Of a stretch of 64,000 nt of DNA, positions 1 through 9,105 are shown piece by piece. The notes below the pieces were generated by a model. That model worked only from the letters and a program-made list of their open reading frames with translations, searched no databases and was not told the origin of the DNA. Every line of letters begins with the position of its first letter. The stretch's first letter is position 1. Source of the stretch: Candidatus Omnitrophota bacterium (lineage in GTDB: Bacteria; Omnitrophota; Gorgyraeia; Zapsychrales; Zapsychraceae); contig JAJDCA010000044.1 of NCBI GenBank assembly GCA_029261055.1, positions 77,867 to 141,866 of the forward strand, written 5' to 3'. The position numbers and the translations under genes were made by a program.

Positions 1-89
1 GAATAAAGTTATGCGTGGCCCACATCCTGAACGCTCAAACTGCATGCAATGTCATGTAAAAGGGCCAAGGAGGGAATTTTGACAAAATT
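1..89 (+). CDS. 3' end of an upstream gene; C-terminal fragment ends ...NCMQCHVKGPRREF*, containing a CxxCH haem-binding motif (partial, gene starts upstream of window)
   Basis: Frame-2 reading from window start runs without a stop to a TGA at about 87-89 and encodes a CMQCH motif; only the last 29 codons are visible. Confidence 0.25.
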
Positions 90-513
90 AACCATTGAAG
101 ATGGTCGTAATGCCTTAACAGGCCATATTTATGAAAAGGCACTTGCGATTCAAAAAAAATATGGTAATGTAAGTGAATACAACACCTTATGTGAATTGTT
201 GAAAGATTCCGATTTTGTACGCTACCCGACGCGCGTTGAATTTAATTCCGCTCTTATTGAACGAGGCACATTTGCTACGGCACGGTTGGTATCTGACAAA
301 CCGTCTGACGGTTATGTCATATTTGTCCATTCCTATTTTAAAGACAAATTAGAATATGTGCCGCCGCTTGTTTTGTATCATTTGGTAACAGTGAATTACG
401 GTGATTTTGCCTCGTCTACGGATGCCGAACTTTTCGGAGCGACCATTTTAGGTTTAGAAAAAGAAGAATATTATCAATTTATTTGTCAATTAGCAGATCA
501 AATAGAAATATGA
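49..513 (+). CDS. hypothetical protein (154 aa), no recognisable motif; ATGA stop/start overlap with hemA suggests translational coupling
   Basis: ORF track; stop TGA 511-513 overlaps the ATG at 510 of hemA. Confidence 0.45.
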   Translation: MSCKRAKEGILTKLTIEDGRNALTGHIYEKALAIQKKYGNVSEYNTLCELLKDSDFVRYPTRVEFNSALIERGTFATARLVSDKPSDGYVIFVHSYFKDKLEYVPPLVLYHLVTVNYGDFASSTDAELFGATILGLEKEEYYQFICQLADQIEI

Positions 514-1550
514 ACATTATCACCATAGGTATTAATCACAAACACACCCCCATCGCTATTCGGGAAAAGTTTTATTTAACCGAAACCGAGCGCGACCTAC
601 TTTTAAGTGACCTTAAAAATAATCCGGCCGTCATTGAAGCTTTTGTACTTTCGACATGTAACCGCATTGAAATTTATGCCCATGTTTTGGATGTTCAAAT
701 GGATTTAACACCCTTTCTTAAGTTAATCTTTCAAATTAAAAAACAAATCATGCAACAAGATTTGCTGGAACATTTTTACCATTACCGAGGACAAGCGGCC
801 ATTGAACATCTTTTAACGGTTGCGACAAGCCTTGATTCTATGGTGATTGGCGAAAAACAAATTTTGGGACAGGTCAAATCTGCCTTTGAAAGAGCACGAG
901 AGAGAGGCCTTTTTGGAAAATATTTCAACATCCTTTCCAACTCAGCCATTCGTGCCGGCAAAAAAGCGCATAATGAGACGGATATCAGTCATGGCGGTTC
1001 ATCTGTCAGCTGGGCTGCGATTGCCAAGGCGCAAGAAATATTTGGTTCGTTAAAAGATAAATCTATTGTCATCATCGGTGCCGGAAAAATGAGCAAATTA
1101 GCGGCCGGACAAGTTCAAAATAAAGACTTTAAAAAGCTGTATCTCATGAATCGCACACAAGCGAATGCTGAGAAATTAGCTCAACAATATGGTGGGGAGG
1201 CCGTCGGTTTTTCAGATATTAAGGAAATTCTTACTTTGATTGACATCTGCATCTGTTCAGCCGGCGCTCCACATCATATTTTAGATAAAGATACTGTACA
1301 AAAAATCATGAAATTACGTGAAAACCGCCCCTTATTATTCATCGATATCTCCATGCCCCGCAATATCGATCCAAAAGTGGCCGAAATCCCAGGCATCCAA
1401 CTTTACACTATTGACGACCTCCAAGAATTCGTCAACCACAGCATGAAAAGACGCGAAAAATCCATCCACCAAGTCCAATCCATCATCCGCAGCAAAATCA
1501 GTGAATTTTCTGAAAAAATCGAGAAAATTCAGCCTGCATTACAGTCATAA
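510..1550 (+). CDS. hemA: glutamyl-tRNA reductase
   Basis: Translation contains the VLSTCNRIEIY catalytic-Cys motif and the NADPH-binding GAGKM region; the track ORF starts at a TTG at 483, the ATG at 510 (MNIITIG) is the probable start. Confidence 0.9.
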   Translation: MNIITIGINHKHTPIAIREKFYLTETERDLLLSDLKNNPAVIEAFVLSTCNRIEIYAHVLDVQMDLTPFLKLIFQIKKQIMQQDLLEHFYHYRGQAAIEHLLTVATSLDSMVIGEKQILGQVKSAFERARERGLFGKYFNILSNSAIRAGKKAHNETDISHGGSSVSWAAIAKAQEIFGSLKDKSIVIIGAGKMSKLAAGQVQNKDFKKLYLMNRTQANAEKLAQQYGGEAVGFSDIKEILTLIDICICSAGAPHHILDKDTVQKIMKLRENRPLLFIDISMPRNIDPKVAEIPGIQLYTIDDLQEFVNHSMKRREKSIHQVQSIIRSKISEFSEKIEKIQPALQS

Positions 1551-1725
1551 CTCATTAAAATTAAATGTAATTACATCTTTATTTAAAAAAAATACGTTTT
1601 TTTGGCCCCAGACCTTGTTTTTTGGCTTCTCAATATGTTATAGTTAAAATATAGCCATTTTTTGAAAAGAAAGCCTTTTCTTTGAACAACTTATCAAATA
1701 ACTATACTTTCAGGAGAACAAAACC

Positions 1726-4700
1726 ATAATAACCAAAATTCATCAAACGAAAACACATTTAGCATACCGCCTGTTATCCGCCTTTGTAGCCCTAACCTTT
1801 GCCTTCAGCCTCATCATACCGCCTTCATCTATATACGCCCAAAGCGTGCCACAGACTGTGCTTAATCTGCCGGTGCCTGGCGTAATGATATCGGCTACAT
1901 CAACTTTCACTCCAGCGATTATTCAAGGTGTAACAATACATCCGGATAATCCTCTATTATTTGATTTTATTTTGGATCCAGGAGATTCCAATCTTCAAGA
2001 GGAAGAATTGAAAGATGAAGCCACCAAACTTATCAAATATTTTCTGGCTTCACTAACTGTAAAAGAAGAAGACTTCTGGGTGAACCTTTCTCCCTATGAA
2101 AAAGACCGCATTATCCCGCAAGCATTGGGTGATACAGAAATGGGTCGTGATATGCTTGCACAGGATTATCTCTTAAAGCAGCTAACTTCTTCATTAATGT
2201 ATCCGGAGGAGGAAATAGGTGAAGAATTTTGGCAAAGAGTACATGAAAAAGCCTATGAAAAATTTGGCACAACCGATATCCCCATGAATACCTTTAATAA
2301 AATTTGGATTGTACCGGAAAAAGCAGGCATCTATGAACATGAAACTAGCGCCTTTGTTACCGATACTCACCTAAAGGTTATGTTAGAAGAAGATTATGTA
2401 GCATTACAAGAGAATCTTGGTGTTGAAGAATATGGCCTTGATAGTATTACCAAGGAAGAGTCTACTATCATCAGTGGTGTTTCTTCAGAAGTAATTCGTG
2501 ATGTTTTGCTTCCTGAGATAGAAAAAGAGATTAATCAGGGGGCAACCTTTGCTAATCTGCGCCAAATTTATAATTCTATGCTCCTTGCCACATGGTACAA
2601 GATGAGGATCAAAGAAAATCTTTTAGGTAAAGTCTACGTAGACCAGAGCAAAACCAAAGGTATTGATACAGATGACAAACAGATTAACCAAAAAATTTAT
2701 ACTCAATATCTTGAAGCATTCAAAAAAGGTGTGTATGACTACATGAAGGAAGACTATAACCCTAATACGAAAGAAATTATTCCCAGAAAATATTTTTCAG
2801 GTGGGCACGATATTGTACACGTACGAGATAAAATTAAACTCAAGACTGATGATGCCGCCCTTGCTCAAGAAATTGCGATTGATTCTGAGGAAAAAATTAC
2901 GATTAGAGCCGGTTTGGAAGAACATAATAAAAAAATAACCGTGGCTATTAAAAATTTTGATAACGCAGCATTGACTATTCTTGATCATCCATTAAAAGAT
3001 AGTATCAAAGAGGAAACAAGAAAAGATAAATTAGTCGGTCGTTGGGTGAAAGATGCCGAAGTTTCTTACTATAAAATGCTTAATCTTTTTCTTCCTACTT
3101 TTTTAGATCAACATAAGAATAAACTAGAGACAATAAAAGATAAAATTGAAACGGTCGCTGATTATTTAAATAGAGAATTTAGCAAAGAAATGGAAGAAGA
3201 CGGTGTAAAAATTGAAGGAGCTTATAATCTTGAATATGTTAAAAAAGTTATTGAAGCAGAAATGAAGTATACAATCTATAAACCAAAACTTGAGAATTTA
3301 GAAAAAATAAAAGGAATGCATGATCGAAAAGAAATTTTCCCAAATGAAATTAAGCTTAATGATCAATATAAATTAACAATTCCGAAAGGTCTAAAGGTAT
3401 TTAGCACAGGAGTTTGGCCTCAAAAAATTGATCCTTACACGACTGGACATGATGAAATGGGAACAAATTGGATACTGTTGCACAGTTTATCGACGGTTTT
3501 TTACATTGGCGATAAACTTGATTTTAGAAAAGACGAATTAAGTTCTATTTATCTTCGTGAACCAATAATAAAAAGAATGGAAGAAAATGGATTATCACCT
3601 CTGATACGATATCTTCCCATTATGGAAACAGATCAAGATGTGTGGGGTAGCGTGGGAGAACAAACCTTTCTTTTCAAAGTGCTTCCTAAAATTGTTGAAA
3701 CTAATTTGAAAGATATAATGAATTTATTGTTGTTCGAACTAGGTTATGGGGCTGGCGTGGATCATATGCAAATGTTTTATGAAAATAAAGATGGGACTCC
3801 AAATCTAAATAAACCTGATGTTCCTGGAATTTTCTTTAATTTTGTTAAAACTATTCTTGATGTTTATGCTCAGGGTGACAAAAATCACCAATATTATAAA
3901 TTAGCCCAACTTTTGGCTCCACTCTTTTTAAGCGGAAAACTAAAAATACCTTTATTTTTTTCAGGACGCGATGCGGATCGAACAAAATTTACTCCAGAGC
4001 AACTTCAGTCTGTCATAGATAAGGTTAATACTCTCGTTGATGATCAGGGGAAGCCCATAATTAAAATTGCTTATAAATTTCAAAATCCTGCTATTTCTTC
4101 TACAGATATCAGAAAGAATAGACTTTTTTGGAAATTGCCTGATCCTGTAAAATCCGCGATACAAGCATTTAAATTCCCTCGATGGGGATATGAAATAACT
4201 AAAGAAGATGGTGATTTAGAAAACCAACAAAATCAAGTGGCCGAAGAACTTAAAGTAATTTTTAATCAATATTTTACAGGAGTACTTGACCAAGGTTTTA
4301 TTAAAAATACTATTCGTGAAAAATTAAAGAATGCGCTGGGAATAGCCTTAAATGAATTTGACGCCCATTTTCTCAATGAATTGTTAATAGGGTATACGCT
4401 CAAAAAAAGAGATGATGAGAAAGGTCAACCTACGGAATCACTTATTACTTTCGATCATCTTAACGAACGCGGGACAAGGGTGTTAAAGGAGTATAAAGAA
4501 TTAATAAATAAACATAATATAGATAAAAATGGAGAAGAAGAACTTTTAAATTTTATAATAGAAGTCCAAACTGAACTTCTTGCCCCAAGAAGCGTTGAAA
4601 TTTATGAAAAAGGTTCACAAATAATTCCAAAGGAAACTGTTGATGTAGTTGGCCAAAATAGGGTTGACACTATTATAAAAAATACAACTGACTTTCTCGT

Positions 4701-5049
4701 TGATAACGCTTCTATTGCGACTATTAATACAACTGGTGGTATTAATTTTAATCCGGCACAGTATGATTTACAGATTAAGCGGGATATGAGCGGGGCACCT
4801 TTACCTTTTGAAATGCAGCCTTTTGAAAATATTAATGTTGATGGTTTTATTCCTTACATTATCCAACTCGGCCCGGCCAATGTCCCGGCTATCCTTGGGC
4901 TTTCCACACCCTGTTCAGATCAGGAAGAGCAAGACCAGGATTGTGATAATAATACTCCACAGGGACCCAAGCCTGTAGAAGTGAGTTATCAATATTATCG
5001 GGATCCTATGGATGCAAGGCAGGATCACGACTATCTTTCTCTTATTTGA
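1726..5049 (+). CDS. giant secreted paralog P1 (about 1107 aa): conserved N-terminal family domain + unique centre + conserved C-terminal motif; probable ATA (non-ATG) initiation
   Basis: Track ORF 1846..5049 (GTG). The same frame is open back to 1702 and encodes a signal peptide (IITKIHQTKTHLAYRLLSAFVALTFAFSLIIPPSSIYAQS) that aligns residue-for-residue with the signal peptides of P3/P4. AGGAGA at 1712-1717 lies 8 nt before the ATA at 1726. Confidence 0.8.
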   Translation: MITKIHQTKTHLAYRLLSAFVALTFAFSLIIPPSSIYAQSVPQTVLNLPVPGVMISATSTFTPAIIQGVTIHPDNPLLFDFILDPGDSNLQEEELKDEATKLIKYFLASLTVKEEDFWVNLSPYEKDRIIPQALGDTEMGRDMLAQDYLLKQLTSSLMYPEEEIGEEFWQRVHEKAYEKFGTTDIPMNTFNKIWIVPEKAGIYEHETSAFVTDTHLKVMLEEDYVALQENLGVEEYGLDSITKEESTIISGVSSEVIRDVLLPEIEKEINQGATFANLRQIYNSMLLATWYKMRIKENLLGKVYVDQSKTKGIDTDDKQINQKIYTQYLEAFKKGVYDYMKEDYNPNTKEIIPRKYFSGGHDIVHVRDKIKLKTDDAALAQEIAIDSEEKITIRAGLEEHNKKITVAIKNFDNAALTILDHPLKDSIKEETRKDKLVGRWVKDAEVSYYKMLNLFLPTFLDQHKNKLETIKDKIETVADYLNREFSKEMEEDGVKIEGAYNLEYVKKVIEAEMKYTIYKPKLENLEKIKGMHDRKEIFPNEIKLNDQYKLTIPKGLKVFSTGVWPQKIDPYTTGHDEMGTNWILLHSLSTVFYIGDKLDFRKDELSSIYLREPIIKRMEENGLSPLIRYLPIMETDQDVWGSVGEQTFLFKVLPKIVETNLKDIMNLLLFELGYGAGVDHMQMFYENKDGTPNLNKPDVPGIFFNFVKTILDVYAQGDKNHQYYKLAQLLAPLFLSGKLKIPLFFSGRDADRTKFTPEQLQSVIDKVNTLVDDQGKPIIKIAYKFQNPAISSTDIRKNRLFWKLPDPVKSAIQAFKFPRWGYEITKEDGDLENQQNQVAEELKVIFNQYFTGVLDQGFIKNTIREKLKNALGIALNEFDAHFLNELLIGYTLKKRDDEKGQPTESLITFDHLNERGTRVLKEYKELINKHNIDKNGEEELLNFIIEVQTELLAPRSVEIYEKGSQIIPKETVDVVGQNRVDTIIKNTTDFLVDNASIATINTTGGINFNPAQYDLQIKRDMSGAPLPFEMQPFENINVDGFIPYIIQLGPANVPAILGLSTPCSDQEEQDQDCDNNTPQGPKPVEVSYQYYRDPMDARQDHDYLSLI

Positions 5050-5095
5050 GCAAGATATTCTTTACTGTTACTGCTGAACAAGATGAGGAAACTAA

Positions 5096-8000
5096 ATGAT
5101 CTCCACTCGCTTACCAAACAGACTGGTGGTTTTCGTTATTATTCCGGCTTTTTGTTTCAGCTTGATTATTTTCCCGCCAACATCCTACGCTCAAAACGTT
5201 CTTAACCTTCCACAACTGGGAAGTATGGTTTCTATGAGTCCCGGCTTTAATCCAAGCATCATTCGAGGAATCACTGTCCACCATGATAATCCATTACGCT
5301 TTGATTTTATAGTGGATCGGGGTGATAACCAACTTGACGGTGAAGCTCTAAAGGAACACGGACTAAGGATGGTCAAATATTTCTTAGCCGCACTGACGGT
5401 TCCTGAGAATGAATTGTGGGTTAACCTTTCGCCTTACGAAAAAAATCGAATAATACCGGATACTTTAGGTCGAACAGAAATGGGGCGAGATCTTCTTGCG
5501 CAGGATTATTTACTCAAACAACTAACCGCTTCTTTTATGCATCCGGAGGAAATATTAGGCAAAGATTTTTGGGATAGAATTCACAAAAAAACTAGAGATA
5601 TGTTTGGAACGACGGAAATCCTGATCAACACTTTTAATAAAGTTTGGATTGTGCCGAAAAATGCAATTGTGTACGAAAATGGGCCAAGTGCATTTGTTTC
5701 CAATAGTCATCTGACAGTGATGTTAGAGCAAGACTATTTAGCATTACAAAAAGAAAATAATGTGGAATCTCTTAATGGCGTTGTTGCAGATATTATGAGA
5801 GATGTATTATTGCCTGAAATTGAAAAAGAGGTTAATGAAGGTGAACATTTCGCAAAGTTAAGGCAAGTATACAATTCAATGATTCTTGCGATGTGGTACA
5901 AGCGAAATTTGAAAAAAACACTTTTAGGCCACGTATATGTTGATAAAAATAAGGCAAAAGGAATTGATACCGACGATAAAGAAATCAAACAAAAAATTTA
6001 TGATCAGTATATTGAAGCCTTCAAAAAAGGAGTTTACAACTTTATTAGGGAAGATTATGACACGACAACACACGAGATTATTCCAAAGAAGTATTTTTCA
6101 GGAGGAATGGTTAAACCAGAGCATATGACGATTGAACCTGATTATGCACAACTTGCCCCAGATAATGAGGTACCCATTATAAATGAAATTGGAAATTTAG
6201 CTGTTTTGACAGTCCAAGGGTATGAACTCGGATTAGAATCGAATATTACAGCGGCTAAGTCGAATAAAGAATTCAAGGGGTCAGCAGGAAATTTTTTAAA
6301 AGAATTAGAACTAAACGAAAATCAAAATTTATTAAATAGACTTTTATCGGTGGAAGGCGTCGCTTATTCAGAAATATTAAAATTTCGAGAACCAGATGCT
6401 CAAAGGGCATCTGTGGCTTTAGAGTTGCAAATCTTGGCCGAGACAGTTTTTGAACGGTATACAAAGAATGGTAAAAGTTACTATCGGTTCAGGACGGATA
6501 TTCGTGAACTTCAAATATCACTTGCTGATACACGAAAACTTTTGAATGCAATAAGAAGTATTGATTTTGGAAGAAATGCAAAAATCAGAATTGGAGTCCG
6601 GGGCGAAACCAGACCATTCCATCGTGGAAATCCAAAGAAAGATTTAACGGTTGAACAATTAGATACACTTAAAGGGCGGGTTGATGTGCTTATTTTTAAA
6701 GCCAAAGGTGTTCAAGAGGAATTGCTGGCTTTGGTTGATGAAAACGGAAGATATCTGCGGGCTATCCCAAAATCTCAAAGGGAAACAAATAAGAACCCAG
6801 GTGAGTTTACACAAGGTTCAGTGATTATTGTCACTGATCGACAAGGAAATATTTTAATGCAAGAACGCTCAGATTATAAAATGCAAGGTATTACAAATTT
6901 TGGACCTATGGATTGGACGGTCGGTGGTCATCGTAATCCTGGTGAAACAGTAGAAGAAACTGCTTTACGAGAAGGGGGGGAAGAGACTCGAGGAAAAATT
7001 AATTTTAAATCAGAGCAATTATTTGAAATTGATCAGCGTGCTGTCAACCCTGAGCAGGATACCCGCTGGGTACGAAGGACGTATGTTTATGTTGCCACGG
7101 ATAATGAAAGAGAATCCATCAACCAAAATATGGCAGGAAAAAATTGGAGTACGAATGCCAATGCAGAAGTCAAATCTTTTGCATGGTGGTATCCTGATAA
7201 ATTTGAAGGATCGCTAGACAAAAAGTCATGGTCAACAGTTATAGACTTGTTACGTGATCTACCCAATTTTAATGAAATCATTCAAAAAACAATTGCTTTG
7301 TCTGGAAGTGAAAATGATTCTGCACAAATCGCACCAGTATTATTAACATTACGAAATACTTTATTAAGAATAAATTTTGATAAAACTGATGCAAGGTCAC
7401 ATATGTTAGATGCAAGAAAAATCATTGATGATATTGCAGTAAATTTTGATATTACTTTGGATTATTTAGAACAACTTCGTCAAGCGAAGAATCAAAAAAG
7501 AGGTGGCTTTGAAGAACGCATCATTTTGGATACTAAAGATGGGGAGGATGGAAAAGCCACGCCCGTGAGAAAATTAGTTCGTAACAAAATTCCACAAATG
7601 ATGGTTAAAAATGGACAGAAATTTGTGATACATTTTGCCAGTATGGAAGAATATCAAAACGAATTGTTCGCTAAATTATTTGAAGAATTTATGGAAGTCC
7701 AGAAAGCTGCAAGCAAAGGAAATGCGGATGCGTTGAGTGAGGAGCTGGCTGACCTTTTAGAAGTCATTGCTGCCGTGGAAAATCAAATCTCTTTTAAAAG
7801 TCTTTATTCACCAACTGTTGTAGCATTAGCTTCCTTAAGGCATTATTTTCCAGAGAAATTAAATCAAATTGAGGGAGAAGAGACTGCTCTCAATTGGATT
7901 AACGAATGGTTTATTTCAGAAAATATTTATTCCGGGAAAAATGTAAATGTTCAGTTACCCAAAAATACTCCAGCGTCAATAATTATAAGTCTTGATAAAA

Positions 8001-8242
8001 ATTTAGTAGATCATTTTGATTTATCATTTATTCAAGATGCCTCAACTCTTACAAAATCTGTTGGTGGGATCGATTTGAATCCTGTATTTCTTGACCTACA
8101 ATTTAGAAGAAATTCTAAAGGAGCCCTCCTACCTACAGATCAACAGCCGATTTATGATGTGTCAATAGAAGGAATTTTACCGGTTATCATCAATCTTACA
8201 CCAGCGACACACTTGCTTTTAGAGGTTTCGCAAATAAATTAG
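5096..8242 (+). CDS. giant secreted paralog P2 (1048 aa): conserved N-terminal family domain, central Nudix hydrolase domain, conserved C-terminal motif
   Basis: ATG with GAGGA SD; signal peptide ...PPTSYAQNV; the N-terminal 340 aa align with P1/P3/P4; Nudix box GGHRNPGETVEETALREGGEETRG at about nt 6923-6994. Confidence 0.85.
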   Translation: MISTRLPNRLVVFVIIPAFCFSLIIFPPTSYAQNVLNLPQLGSMVSMSPGFNPSIIRGITVHHDNPLRFDFIVDRGDNQLDGEALKEHGLRMVKYFLAALTVPENELWVNLSPYEKNRIIPDTLGRTEMGRDLLAQDYLLKQLTASFMHPEEILGKDFWDRIHKKTRDMFGTTEILINTFNKVWIVPKNAIVYENGPSAFVSNSHLTVMLEQDYLALQKENNVESLNGVVADIMRDVLLPEIEKEVNEGEHFAKLRQVYNSMILAMWYKRNLKKTLLGHVYVDKNKAKGIDTDDKEIKQKIYDQYIEAFKKGVYNFIREDYDTTTHEIIPKKYFSGGMVKPEHMTIEPDYAQLAPDNEVPIINEIGNLAVLTVQGYELGLESNITAAKSNKEFKGSAGNFLKELELNENQNLLNRLLSVEGVAYSEILKFREPDAQRASVALELQILAETVFERYTKNGKSYYRFRTDIRELQISLADTRKLLNAIRSIDFGRNAKIRIGVRGETRPFHRGNPKKDLTVEQLDTLKGRVDVLIFKAKGVQEELLALVDENGRYLRAIPKSQRETNKNPGEFTQGSVIIVTDRQGNILMQERSDYKMQGITNFGPMDWTVGGHRNPGETVEETALREGGEETRGKINFKSEQLFEIDQRAVNPEQDTRWVRRTYVYVATDNERESINQNMAGKNWSTNANAEVKSFAWWYPDKFEGSLDKKSWSTVIDLLRDLPNFNEIIQKTIALSGSENDSAQIAPVLLTLRNTLLRINFDKTDARSHMLDARKIIDDIAVNFDITLDYLEQLRQAKNQKRGGFEERIILDTKDGEDGKATPVRKLVRNKIPQMMVKNGQKFVIHFASMEEYQNELFAKLFEEFMEVQKAASKGNADALSEELADLLEVIAAVENQISFKSLYSPTVVALASLRHYFPEKLNQIEGEETALNWINEWFISENIYSGKNVNVQLPKNTPASIIISLDKNLVDHFDLSFIQDASTLTKSVGGIDLNPVFLDLQFRRNSKGALLPTDQQPIYDVSIEGILPVIINLTPATHLLLEVSQIN

Positions 8243-8268
8243 GTGAAGAATATACCTACAAAATCAAA

Positions 8269-8297
8269 GTTGACAAACAACGAAGCATATTACATAA
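8269..8297 (+). promoter_or_regulatory. sigma70-like promoter for the toxin-antitoxin operon: TTGACA, 17 nt, CATAAT
   Basis: TTGACA at 8269-8274, 17-nt spacer, CATAAT at 8292-8297. Confidence 0.5.
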
Positions 8298-8324
8298 TTA
8301 ATTAGAGATAATTAGAACTAATTA
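8298..8324 (+). promoter_or_regulatory. three TAATTAG direct repeats phased at exactly 10 bp (8298, 8308, 8318), probable antitoxin operator
   Basis: Seen in sequence immediately downstream of the -10 box and upstream of the antitoxin start. Confidence 0.45.
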
Positions 8325-8353
8325 GTTGTGATGAATATTAAGAAAGGTTGATT

Positions 8354-8644
8354 ATGACAATAAATACTATACCGGCTTTAAAAGCACGTACACATTTTGG
8401 AGAAATTATGAAACGTTCATTTAAAAATGGAGAACACTTTGTTGTTGAAAAATCAGGTATTCCCATGATTGCTATCATTAATGCTAAAGAATATGAAGAA
8501 TATACGCGAATTATGGGGAGCCGAGAGGAACATTTTAAAATTATTGACACAATACGAAAGAAAGCTCCTAATATTCCTTCGCATGAAATAGAAAACGATA
8601 TCAACGAAGCTATTACGAATGTGCGAAAGTCAAAGCGTGCTTAA
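8354..8644 (+). CDS. type II antitoxin, Phd/YefM-like
   Basis: Small acidic protein MTINTIPALKARTHFGEIM... typical of Phd/YefM; overlaps the downstream PIN gene; track start TTG 8348, ATG at 8354 preferred. Confidence 0.7.
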   Translation: MTINTIPALKARTHFGEIMKRSFKNGEHFVVEKSGIPMIAIINAKEYEEYTRIMGSREEHFKIIDTIRKKAPNIPSHEIENDINEAITNVRKSKRA

Positions 8645-9068
8645 AGTTGTTATTGATACAAATAATTTTGTGAGTAGCCTTATTAACAAACGAGGGCTTT
8701 CCGCCCAATTGATTGATTTCTGGAGGCATGGGTATTACACACTTGTCATATCCGATGAAATTCTTGAAGAAATACAACGGGTTTTAACATATCCCAAAAT
8801 TTTCAAAAAGTATAATTTATGCAAAACAGATATTAAGCAGTTTATTTATACCTTAACTGAAGAAGCAACAATTTTACCTGTAGCATCTCAAGTAAACATT
8901 GTCAAAGAAGATCCCGATGATAATAAATTTCTAGCATGTGCCATAGATGCACAGGCAGACTATATTATATCTGGAGATCAACACCTGCTAAAACTTAAAA
9001 AATATCAAAGTATTCCAATTCTAACAGTAAGAGAATTTCTTGAGCTGTTAAAGAAAATGCCTAAATAA
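8619..9068 (+). CDS. vapC: PIN-domain ribonuclease toxin (VapC-like)
   Basis: N-terminal VVIDTNNFV acidic motif and a later ISGDQHLL motif characteristic of PIN; overlaps the antitoxin stop. Confidence 0.75.
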   Translation: MCESQSVLKVVIDTNNFVSSLINKRGLSAQLIDFWRHGYYTLVISDEILEEIQRVLTYPKIFKKYNLCKTDIKQFIYTLTEEATILPVASQVNIVKEDPDDNKFLACAIDAQADYIISGDQHLLKLKKYQSIPILTVREFLELLKKMPK

Positions 9069-9105
9069 AAGAAAATCTTGCCTTTGCAACGACTTATGGT
9101 AATAT

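Noticed and set aside
847-1053. 68-aa ORF nested inside hemA in another frame
   Set aside because: Fully internal to a strongly supported CDS; no SD or start context; typical spurious AT-rich-genome ORF
1682-1708. TTGAAC...TATACT promoter-like hexamers upstream of P1
   Set aside because: Spacer is only 15 nt and the -10 element would place the TSS inside the AGGAGA SD; not reported as a feature
2797-5376. Several 60-85 aa antisense ORFs inside P1/P2 (2797-2988, 3961-4164, 5191-5376 and others)
   Set aside because: All lie antisense to long, conserved coding frames and have no independent signals; treated as noise, as are the analogous antisense ORFs inside P3/P4, atp genes and ctaD
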